Part shown: positions 32,608 to 41,500 of the stretch, in pieces
Position numbering within the stretch: the first letter of the stretch is position 1
Layout: each line of letters begins with the position of its first letter
From: an uncultured Lentisphaeria bacterium
GTDB lineage: Bacteria; Fidelibacterota; UBA8477; JABMPR01
Direction of reading: 5' to 3'
Assembly (NCBI GenBank): GCA_964508765.1
Contig: CAZDVD010000007.1
Location: forward strand, 13,262-77,261
Length of the DNA stretch: 64,000 bases
Program-made: the position numbers and the translations under genes
Notes under the pieces: model-generated
Seen by the model: the letters and a program-made list of their open reading frames with translations, nothing else
Database searches by the model: none
What the model was told of the DNA's origin: nothing

Positions 32608-33574
32608 ACTGAGCATCGTTATTTTTGCCAACGCCGACCCCGGTGGTTGTGTGCGGGTTCTGACAGATTGTGAGCGTCTAGAACATGAGGACCTGGACTT
32701 TGAAGTCATAATGGTTTTACAGGGCTTGACAGATAAGGTTAAAGCCGTTTTAAAGGAGTATCAGTTCTCTTTTGATTTAATATTTGTTTCAGTAGACGAA
32801 TCTACAAATCGAGCTAGAAGTCGCAACCTTGGTGTAGAAGCAGCCAAGAATGAGATCATTCTTTTTCTGGAAAGTGCCCTGGAAATTTCACCAGGGTTGT
32901 TGTATCGACACCTCGAAGCCTTTAAAACAGAGGCAACAGCAGCAGTAATGGGAGAAATTTACCTACCTGCCTTTGTAAAGAAAAACCGCTGGTTCCGTTT
33001 TCTGGATGGTGATTATCGCAGCACCCGGCGCTGGGCTGCCAAAACAGGCTCACATTCTTCGCCGCCCTTGCGATATGTAAATACAGCAAATTTTTCGATC
33101 CGCAAGAATGTGTATGAAGCGTGTGGTGGATATGCGGAACACATCGACCATCCCGAAGCCGAAGATATCGATCTGGCCCACCGTATTAGTGCTCAACAAC
33201 AAAACCAGATTCACTATGAGCCAGAAGCCGTAGCCTATTGTCTCCACTATTCCTTGCGAGCCAGCCTGGCTTTGAAGTATGCGTTTGGGAAAGAGGGTGT
33301 TCCAAAGTTATTGGAAGACTACCCAGAGCTTTACCCTGTTTTGCCCAGCCGCTTTGTAAAAATGGCTGGATTTCCTGATGTTTCACCCCTTTACAGGACC
33401 TTCATGAATCTTCTTTTTGTAAGACCTGTTTTTTTTCTGGCCAGGAGTATCCGTCTTTTCGGTCCAGAGTTTATTGCTTTCCGCATGATGCGTTATATGC
33501 TTCAGGCTGAGAGTGTTAGGGGTTTAAAAGCGGCGATAAAGGAGCAGCGCTCACACCTTCGCAAAAAAACCTAA
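32594..33574 (+). CDS. Family 2-like glycosyltransferase
   Basis: N-terminal LSIVIFANAD ... and a downstream acidic motif. GT-A-like. Confidence 0.45.
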   Translation: MTWPKLSIVIFANADPGGCVRVLTDCERLEHEDLDFEVIMVLQGLTDKVKAVLKEYQFSFDLIFVSVDESTNRARSRNLGVEAAKNEIILFLESALEISPGLLYRHLEAFKTEATAAVMGEIYLPAFVKKNRWFRFLDGDYRSTRRWAAKTGSHSSPPLRYVNTANFSIRKNVYEACGGYAEHIDHPEAEDIDLAHRISAQQQNQIHYEPEAVAYCLHYSLRASLALKYAFGKEGVPKLLEDYPELYPVLPSRFVKMAGFPDVSPLYRTFMNLLFVRPVFFLARSIRLFGPEFIAFRMMRYMLQAESVRGLKAAIKEQRSHLRKKT

Positions 33575-33906
33575 TATCCCCAGGAATGACTTTTTTTTGA
33601 GGGTTCATCCGAGGATTTATTCACGGCCTTAACCGGTTTTGTCGCTTTTTTGGCGGGGGCTCCACTCTTTTCTGCGTTCAGAGCCAGACCAAAAGGCTCC
33701 AACAGTTTGAACACACGCAATACCTGGAGCATGGTTGAAAACTGGACAGAACTCCCTGCTTCAATACGCTCAACCGTGCGCTTGGAAACACTGGCCTTTT
33801 TGGCCAATCCTGCCTGGGTGAGTTTTGCATGAACACGCTGCTGGGTCAATCGCGCGCCAATTTCATTAAGTACAACATCTATGTTTGTTGAATTTTTGAT
33901 TTTCAT
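33571..33906 (-). CDS. XRE-family helix-turn-helix transcriptional regulator
   Basis: LTQAGLAKKASVSKRTVERIEAG HTH motif. Confidence 0.7.
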   Translation of the reverse strand: MKIKNSTNIDVVLNEIGARLTQQRVHAKLTQAGLAKKASVSKRTVERIEAGSSVQFSTMLQVLRVFKLLEPFGLALNAEKSGAPAKKATKPVKAVNKSSDEPSKKSHSWGY

Positions 33907-33915
33907 GGAAGAATA

Positions 33916-33950
33916 TAACCTTGCGAAGGTTTAAAACCTTCGCAAGGTTA
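33916..33950. promoter_or_regulatory. Perfect 35-nt palindrome TAACCTTGCGAAGGTTT-A-AAACCTTCGCAAGGTTA
   Basis: Two exact 17-nt arms lie 10 nt upstream of the XRE regulator start and 14 nt downstream of the pepF stop. It is a candidate operator and/or a bidirectional terminator hairpin. Confidence 0.5.
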
Positions 33951-33963
33951 AGATAAAGCCCAA

Positions 33964-35751
33964 TTAGTCTACCAGTGTTTCCAGTTGATCCACCAGCGTT
34001 TCGATGTACTTCAGGCTTTTCCGCCAGAAATCAGGATGATTAATATCGGCATCGACAAGGGCAGTTAAATCAGCTGGGCTGGCTGAGCTGCCCATGGAGA
34101 GGAACTTTTTATATTTAGGGATAAAGGAGTCGCCTTCTTCCAGGTATTTCTGATATAGGGCGAAGACCAACAGGTTGCCAAAATTGTAGGCATAAACGTA
34201 AAAAGGCACATTGAAAATATGGGGGATTGAAGACCATTCCCAGGCATACTCCGGGGTGATATTCACACTGTCACCGAACATCTTTTGCAATTCCACAGTA
34301 TAGAGTTCACACAGTGCCTGTGGGCTTTGCAACTCCTCATTGATGGCTTTGTGTGAGGCGACCTCAAAGCTACTGAACATGTTTTGACGATGTGAGCTGG
34401 CAAAAATATCTTCCAGCTTGCCGGTGAGCATGGATTTTTTGACCTCTACATCAGTCTCTTTCTTTAAGAGAGAATCTGTGAGGACCATTTCTGAGAAAAT
34501 GGAGGCGGTTTCAGCCAGCGGTAAAATAGAATGGTAATTCATCAATTTCTGTTTGCTGGATAACATGGCATGGATGGCGTGTCCTAATTCATGGGCCATG
34601 GTAGAAACATCGCGAACCTTGCCGGTGTAGTTCAAGAGAACATAAGGCTTCAGATCTGGAGTAGAGCTGGCACAGAAGGCGCCACCGCGTTTTTTAGGTT
34701 CTACGGGTGCATCAATACGGTTCTCATCGAACATGGTTTTGGCCATTTCATAAAAATCATTATCGAAGGACTTGAAGCCATCCAAAACCAGGGTCTTGGC
34801 TTCTTCGAAGGGGTAGGCCTTTGATGACTGTGGCAGGGGAGCATAGATATCAGCCAGGGTCATCTCATCCATGCCGAGCATCTTGGCTTTCAGCTTGTAA
34901 TAGCGGTTCACCAGAGAATAGGATTCAGTGGTTACATCGTTGAGCGCCTGAATAGCCTCATCGCTCAAATCGTTATGGGTGTTCATGGTGCTGATGGGTT
35001 GATCAAAACCGCGCAGAGCTATTTCAATGCCATGGTCTTTAACAAGACTGTTGTAGAGGTGATTGATTACAAGAGAGTTGTCTTCATAACGGGAGAAAAA
35101 CAGTTTCATGGCTCTTTGACGAACATCGGCATCTGGATGCTGTCTCATGGCCCGCAGTTGATCCCCGTTAAGCGTTTTGGTTTCACCATCCAATTCGAAC
35201 TCGAAAGAAAATGAAGCCGTAAGTTCACCATAAAGTTTTTGATGAGCATTGCTACCATTCAAATCTTTAAGGTTCATAACCTGCTCTTCTTTTTCAGAGA
35301 GGTTGTAGTGGGCATTCCTCCGCATTTTAGCGACTTTATATTCAAAATCTTTCAAAACTTCCGCGCCATCAAACTTGGCAAATTGATCATCAGAAAGATT
35401 GCCTAACTCAAGGGAGAAAAAGACCAGGAGGTTTGAAGTGGTTGAAGAGGATTGTTCGATTTTTCCCAGAAGGGCTTTGATTTTGTCATCAGCGGTGTCA
35501 ACAGCATATTCAAGATTTACAAACATGCCGAGACGATAGAGGGGACCACTGATGTCCTCCAATTCGTTATAGGCCATTGCTAGGGATTCAGGGGAGAGGT
35601 CTCCCAGTTTACCCCGGTATTGTTCAACAAAACATTCAGCTTTTTGACGGCTTTCATTTAAAACAGTTTCAATTTTTGGATCATCCAGGCCTGAAAAAAG
35701 TTCACTCAAATCCCAGCGGATGTTTTCTGCTCCAGTTGTTTGTGTGCTCAT
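33964..35751 (-). CDS. pepF: Oligoendopeptidase F (M3B family)
   Basis: HELGHAIH zinc-binding motif at a length of about 595 aa. Confidence 0.85.
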   Translation of the reverse strand: MSTQTTGAENIRWDLSELFSGLDDPKIETVLNESRQKAECFVEQYRGKLGDLSPESLAMAYNELEDISGPLYRLGMFVNLEYAVDTADDKIKALLGKIEQSSSTTSNLLVFFSLELGNLSDDQFAKFDGAEVLKDFEYKVAKMRRNAHYNLSEKEEQVMNLKDLNGSNAHQKLYGELTASFSFEFELDGETKTLNGDQLRAMRQHPDADVRQRAMKLFFSRYEDNSLVINHLYNSLVKDHGIEIALRGFDQPISTMNTHNDLSDEAIQALNDVTTESYSLVNRYYKLKAKMLGMDEMTLADIYAPLPQSSKAYPFEEAKTLVLDGFKSFDNDFYEMAKTMFDENRIDAPVEPKKRGGAFCASSTPDLKPYVLLNYTGKVRDVSTMAHELGHAIHAMLSSKQKLMNYHSILPLAETASIFSEMVLTDSLLKKETDVEVKKSMLTGKLEDIFASSHRQNMFSSFEVASHKAINEELQSPQALCELYTVELQKMFGDSVNITPEYAWEWSSIPHIFNVPFYVYAYNFGNLLVFALYQKYLEEGDSFIPKYKKFLSMGSSASPADLTALVDADINHPDFWRKSLKYIETLVDQLETLVD

Positions 35752-35968
35752 TTATATCTCCCAATTATTCATTATTCAATTTTTTGCATCAAACTAATCG
35801 TTGACGTAGCTGTTGTTAAGAAAATTCAACCTGTAACAAATATGCCCTTTTTTACCACAGATTACACCGGGTTTCCACGGAAGCTCAAGTCAACAGCTTA
35901 CAAGGGGCTACCCCTGAACTCCCTGTGAGTAAGCACGAAGAGCAACACCGATAACAAAATTCGTCTTC

Positions 35969-36053
35969 TTCGTAGATTTAGCCTGCCTGCGCCTGTCCGC
36001 CGTACTTCGTACTAAGGAAGGCGGGCGTAGCCGTTTCGGCGAAGGCAGATTGT
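35969..36053 (+). repeat. GC-rich imperfect-palindromic intergenic repeat element (copy A)
   Basis: It shares CGTAGA..AGCCTGCCTGC..TCGTACTAAG..GGCGGG..TCGAAGG with the reverse complement of 63795-63930. By eye, identity is roughly 60-70% over about 85 nt, interrupted by one gap of about 10 nt. It is internally self-complementary. Confidence 0.4.
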
Positions 36054-36123
36054 AGAAAAAAAGGTTCACCACAAACAGGTAGAGGCATATTAGTTTATGG
36101 CGCAATTAGAATAGGAAAATGAT

Positions 36124-36513
36124 ATGACAAAAAATCTAGATAAACTCAAAGTTATTGGTGATCGGGTGCTCATTTACCCCGATTCAGGCCAGGATCGCAC
36201 CTCCTCCGGTCTGTATTTACCACCCACCGTTACTGAGAAAGAGTCGGTTCAGGGTGGCTTTGTTGTGGCTGTAGGACCGGGAACGCCATTGGCCAGCACC
36301 GAGGGCGATGAGGATGTTTGGCAGACATCAGATTCCAGCAAGGTGAAATACATTCCCCTGGAGATTGAAGTGGGAGACTATGCCCTGTATTTGAAGAAGT
36401 TCGCCATTGATATAAAATATCAGGATGAAAAGTATATTATTGTGCCCATGTCGGGAATTCTCGTCGTAGAGCGGGATGATGACAGTATTGACCTTAGTCA
36501 GATTTTAAAATAG
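36124..36513 (+). CDS. GroES/Cpn10-like protein (orphan, 129 aa, with an internal insertion)
   Basis: GDRVLIYP...SGLYLP...GFVVAVGPG...VGDYALY...ILVVERDD follows the GroES pattern. No groEL lies downstream. Confidence 0.5.
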   Translation: MTKNLDKLKVIGDRVLIYPDSGQDRTSSGLYLPPTVTEKESVQGGFVVAVGPGTPLASTEGDEDVWQTSDSSKVKYIPLEIEVGDYALYLKKFAIDIKYQDEKYIIVPMSGILVVERDDDSIDLSQILK

Positions 36514-36529
36514 AAATGAGAGTATAAAC

Positions 36530-36799
36530 ATGGCGAGCAATCAGATAAAACATCAACAACTCTTTTCCTTGCTGGTGAATCAACTTAGTGCAGGAGCCTG
36601 GTCACAATTGGGCAAAACGCCGAACCCCTTAACAGGCAAACCAGAAAAAAACCTGGAGGCTGCGGCTGTCAGTGTTGGTATTCTGGAAGCATTGCTCTTC
36701 AAAACAGCTGGCAACCTGACCCGACAAGAAGATGTATTGTTATCGGATAAGGTTCGAGAGCTGAAACTAAGCCTGATAGAAGAATCAAATAAAAGGTAG
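36530..36799 (+). CDS. DUF1844-like small protein
   Basis: 89-aa conserved-looking ORF of a type seen in the FCB group. This is a call from memory. Confidence 0.4.
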   Translation: MASNQIKHQQLFSLLVNQLSAGAWSQLGKTPNPLTGKPEKNLEAAAVSVGILEALLFKTAGNLTRQEDVLLSDKVRELKLSLIEESNKR

Positions 36800-36820
36800 G
36801 TCAATTGGTCAAAACACAAC

Positions 36821-37999
36821 CTAATCGGCATAGATGTTCAGCAGATCAGCCTTTGAATAATAGTGCTTGAGAATCTGGTCAAAGGTGTGACCCAGGGTAG
36901 CCTGGGCTACAGCACCGCTTTGACACATACCCACACCGTGTCCCCAGCCAGCACCATGCAATACAACTTTAGCACCCTCTCGCTTTACATAAAAAGCAGA
37001 ACTCATCAACGAAGGACTGAATAACTGTCGAATAGTGAGTTCTCCATCTATGTTTAGCTTGCCCTTCTCAAAAATAACGCGGGCCTTATAAATGCGACCA
37101 GAGGATCCGCGTTTTAACACACGAATTTTTTTAAACAAGCCGAGTTCGTTGTCATTTGTGAGCATATCAGTAAGCTCTTGAACACTGAACTCACGTGACC
37201 AGCGGAAGTTTTTCTTACTCCAGTTGGGCAAAAATGTGTTTGAGTCAGGATTACAATAGACACTGGGAGAGGCGTTAATCCAGCGCCTGGCTCGCCAGTT
37301 CCTTTTTAGATTAGGACCTTTCCGCCCCTCATTATCTGGCAGGGAAACCTGGTAGCTTTCCAGTCGATTCCGACCGGGCCAGACATTCTTAATCAACTCA
37401 GCCCGGCCGCCACAGTTTGAGGCATAGTAGGCATTCATGGGTTGTCCACCTTCGCTGATAATCAGTCCAGCAGTTTCTTGAACGGCTTGATCAGAGCGTT
37501 CCGTGCGCTTCTTGTTGCCGCTGAAGACCTGACATTCCACATCAGAAGTCAGGTCGTAGAATTCACCACTATATAGTTTTGAGGTGAGAGCAATCACGGC
37601 TTCCGATCGGGCTGCTACTGCCTGAGCCTTGAGCGCCTCCAGAGGTGAGGTGCCGCCAATTTCATAGGGTACGACACCTTTTAAATAGGTTTCGAGGGGC
37701 AATTGAACGATGACGTTCATTTCTTGGTTCGTGCCAAGGTAGATATGAAAATTACCCTCATAAATCCGGTTTTCCACACCGGCCCACCACCAGCCTACCC
37801 CATAGGGGACAGATTCAACTTCTATGGTTGATGTGTCGCTATTTGATCGAAACATAAACGAGGGGGTTTTAGCGAGCAGAGCGCCACTGGTATCAAAAAC
37901 GGAGATCTGTCCGCCTTCTTTGATAAGCCGAATCTTAGCGTTTGCAGGCAGGGTCATCTTTGCTGCCGCAGTGTTGCGAAAGGACCATTTTCCCTGCAA
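36821..37999 (-). CDS. SpoIID/LytB domain protein (mature domain)
   Basis: C-terminal GHGVGMCQSGA motif. A 21-codon signal-peptide ORF (ATG at 38119) lies upstream in the same frame, separated by a TAA. See findings. Confidence 0.65.
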   Translation of the reverse strand: MQGKWSFRNTAAAKMTLPANAKIRLIKEGGQISVFDTSGALLAKTPSFMFRSNSDTSTIEVESVPYGVGWWWAGVENRIYEGNFHIYLGTNQEMNVIVQLPLETYLKGVVPYEIGGTSPLEALKAQAVAARSEAVIALTSKLYSGEFYDLTSDVECQVFSGNKKRTERSDQAVQETAGLIISEGGQPMNAYYASNCGGRAELIKNVWPGRNRLESYQVSLPDNEGRKGPNLKRNWRARRWINASPSVYCNPDSNTFLPNWSKKNFRWSREFSVQELTDMLTNDNELGLFKKIRVLKRGSSGRIYKARVIFEKGKLNIDGELTIRQLFSPSLMSSAFYVKREGAKVVLHGAGWGHGVGMCQSGAVAQATLGHTFDQILKHYYSKADLLNIYAD

Positions 38000-38153
38000 A
38001 GAGATGTTGAGTGTATCAAGGGTGTTAATGATTCGAACCCGAACCTCTGGCTCTTAATTAAATAGAGGCTGAGCCATGGCGGAACATACAAGAATAAAAA
38101 GGAGGATAAGTTTTTTCATTTGTAGAGATTTCTCTTTAAATGATGAGGTGTTA

Positions 38154-38519
38154 CTAAAAGTTTTCGTCAAGAATATTGCGGATGCGCTCAATACTGACCG
38201 GTTTCACGAGATAACCAAGGGGGTTCAAGGCGTTGATTTTCTCGATAATCTCATCATCTTGATATCCCGTGAGGAAAATAATTTTACTGTCTGATGTTTT
38301 CAGGATGGCTTGAGCTGTTTCAATTCCATTCAAACCACCAGGCAGGTTGACATCCATTAAAATGACATCAGGGTGTTCCAGGGCGGCAATTTTAATGGCT
38401 TTTTCTCCACGGGTAGCCAGGGGGCAGACACTATATCCGGCGCTCTCAAGACCCATTTTGAGAGAAGATGCTGTAATAACCTCGTCCTCAACCAGAAGGA
38501 TGCGTGTTTGGTTTGCCAT
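38154..38519 (-). CDS. Stand-alone response regulator receiver domain (CheY-like)
   Basis: LLVEDE...D...MDVNLPG...K receiver motifs. Confidence 0.8.
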   Translation of the reverse strand: MANQTRILLVEDEVITASSLKMGLESAGYSVCPLATRGEKAIKIAALEHPDVILMDVNLPGGLNGIETAQAILKTSDSKIIFLTGYQDDEIIEKINALNPLGYLVKPVSIERIRNILDENF

Positions 38520-38577
38520 ATAGAAATCTCCCTGGAAAAATTACAGCCAAAGCTGAACTGTTAAGTCAGTCCGGCTG

Positions 38578-41500
38578 TTAATCTAACTTCAGGTTGGGAA
38601 TTGTGATAAAATACTTTACCCCTTCGCGGGTTGATGTTTCAAGCTCACCAAAAAGCTGGAGATCAACGATATCATGTATGATCTGCATACCCAGCGTCTC
38701 AAAAGTACTGAGGTCAACACTCTCAGGCATGCCCACACCATTGTCTCCGATTTCGATAGTGAGACCCCCTTCTCCATAAGGCTGAGTTCGGATGAGGATT
38801 TTACCATCTCGCTGGTCTGGGAAGGCGTATTTCAAGGCATTGCTGACGATTTCATTTATCACAAGCCCCAGAGGAATGGCAGTTTGAATATTTACTGGAA
38901 TAGTAGCGGATTGACAATCAAGTATGATTTCACCCAGGGTTGTTTTGTAGGCGAGAACGAGACGATCAACCAGCTTTTCGAGATAGGTGTCCAGCATGAT
39001 CTCAGCCAGGTTTCTGGAGCGATACAGGAGGTCGTGCACCATGCCCATGCTGTAGATCCGGTTGGTCATTTCATCCACGACGGCCTGGGTTTCAGTGTTC
39101 TTGGTTTTCATGCCCTGCATCTCAAGTAACCCAACAATGACCTGCATGTTGTTCTTGGTGCGGTGATAGACTTCCTTGAGGAGAACTTCTTTTTCTTGCA
39201 CGCTGGCCTGAAGCTGGAGCTCGCGGTCTTTTAACTCGCTGGTTTGTTTTTGAATCAACTCATCAGCTTGAGCTCTCACTAATGCTCCACCAATCTGATT
39301 GGCAAAAATTTTCAACTTAGGCAAGTCGTCTTCTTCGAACTTTTCAGGTGTATAACTTTGAAGCGTGAACAACCCGATTTGGACACCTTCCCAGAAAATG
39401 GGAACAAAAACCAACGACTGACTATGTCGTGAATTATCTCCAAAAGGAGAAATAGAATATTTTGCTTCGAATTCTTTACGGTTAAACAAAACGGGTGTTG
39501 GCAAGACGAGGGTTGTCGCTTCGTTTTTTATGTCCAGGGCAATTGCTTCTGTCTCGACCTCAATCGGTTTATCCTCTCCGGCAAACGTGTCTTGTAAAAA
39601 CAACCCGACAGCTAGATTTTTGTCGAGATCGATTTTATATAAGGCGAAGGCGTCATACCCAAAAAGGTTGTGAAGCAGAGAAGCAGCGATTATTCCAACC
39701 TCGCGCGGCTCCAGTGAGACGGTGAGGTTACGGGCAAGCCGACGAAGTGAATCCCGAAAAACCTCCTCCTCTTTTTTTTCAGTTACGTCCTGAAGAGATG
39801 TTAGAAAGGCCTTCGGCTTATTGTTTTTGTCAAAATGAGGAAGGTTGCGGATGTCCAGAATATGGTCTCGACCATCGGGTCCCCTCAGCGTTTGCATATA
39901 AGAAAGTTGCTCACCCGCGGGGATTTTTGCAAGATAGGGTTTCATCTCCTGATAGATATCAGGCGGAATGATTTGAGCAAAAGATTTGCCAATAACATCA
40001 GACTTTTTGTAGCCATACCAGTTAGCATAGGTCTCATTTACATAAAGATATTTTTCATTCATGTCGGTATAAGAGAATAAGCCGGGAATCGTATCAACAA
40101 TCAGTTCAAGGAGTTCTTTGTTTTCAGCAATTTCCTTGCGCGCTGACTCGATCTCGCTCACGTTATCCATCTGCACCAGAATAGCCAGGGTCTGGCCATC
40201 ATCACCTCTCACTGGAATCATGGTGATGATAAAGTCCATTTCGCCCAGCCTTGAGGAAATATAGTGATGGGAAAAATTGCAAACCTCACCCTTTAATAGT
40301 TTTGGTAGATATTTTGACCCCAGGGCAAGTTCCTTGGAGGGGATGATCTTTTTAAGGGGTGGTCCGATCAGATTGGTGCTGTCGGTGCCCATCAGTTTTG
40401 CTGTAGCCTGATTGACATATAAGACGGATAAATCGAGATCAAGCAGGAAGAGGTAGCTGGTTAAATGTCCGGTGATAACTTCAAGTTGTTGCTGACTTTT
40501 TTCCAGCTGTTCGCGGGCAGTCACTCTATCATGAATATCATTAAAAGAGAGTAGGATAAGGGTTTTATCGGCCTGTTTAACAGGAACTCCACTGCCCTCA
40601 ACCCACCGTTCCTCCCCAAGCAGGGTGAGGTATTTATGCTCTCGAACCCCTTCAATTGGCGTCCCTGTTTCCAACAGGTGCTCAAGTCCCTCAAAAACCG
40701 CCTCGCGGAAATCGGGGTGGACCAAACGAAAAAGATCCATACCCAGGACTTCATCCAGGGTTTTGGCTCCTGCAAAATCAAGAGCAGCTTGATTGGCATC
40801 CAACAAGACACCTTTGTCGTGGAGCACCATGGCTGTTGGTGAATACTTAAAGGCTCTCCGATATCTTTCTTCACTATTTAGCAAAGCTTCGCGTGTCATC
40901 AGCTCGCTGGTTACATCCCGAAAGGAAGTCATAATTACGACCTCATCCTGGTGTTTGATTGGCACTGCCATGACTTCCACATCGCGAACCTCGCCAGTGG
41001 CAATAATGAATTTCTGTTTCATCAACTCATTTTGGACATTAGATGTCAGAAGTTCATTTATGCGAAGACGCGAGTCCTCAATTGAAGAGGGATGAATAAA
41101 TTCAGAAAGAGAAATGTTCAGGTATTTATCAGGATTGTCTGCCTTGAAAAACCTGATGGCAGCCTGGTTGGCAGCAAGAACGACTTTCCCGTCATGAACG
41201 ACAATAGGGTCAGGCGAATTGTTAAATAGGGTTTCATAGCGATCCTCGGCGGCTTTTAGGTCAGAATAATCCATTAAGGTGCCAACAAAGCCAGCGGGCT
41301 CTCCTTGAGCATCCAGGTAGCGTGCTTTGCGAATCAGAACTTGTCGTATTTCCCCAGAAGCGTGGAGATATTCTGAAGCATAATACTGTCGGTCGTTACT
41401 CTGGAGAAGCTTCTCATCTTCTCGAGCTACCTGTTTTGAGGTTTTTGAATTCCATACCTCTGTCACTGTTTTGCCAAGCATTTCTTCCCGGGTTTTTCCG

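Noticed and set aside
38594-39129. Plus-strand ORFs inside the histidine kinase gene
   Set aside because: They are antisense to a 1316-aa ORF with clear HisKA_2/HATPase motifs.
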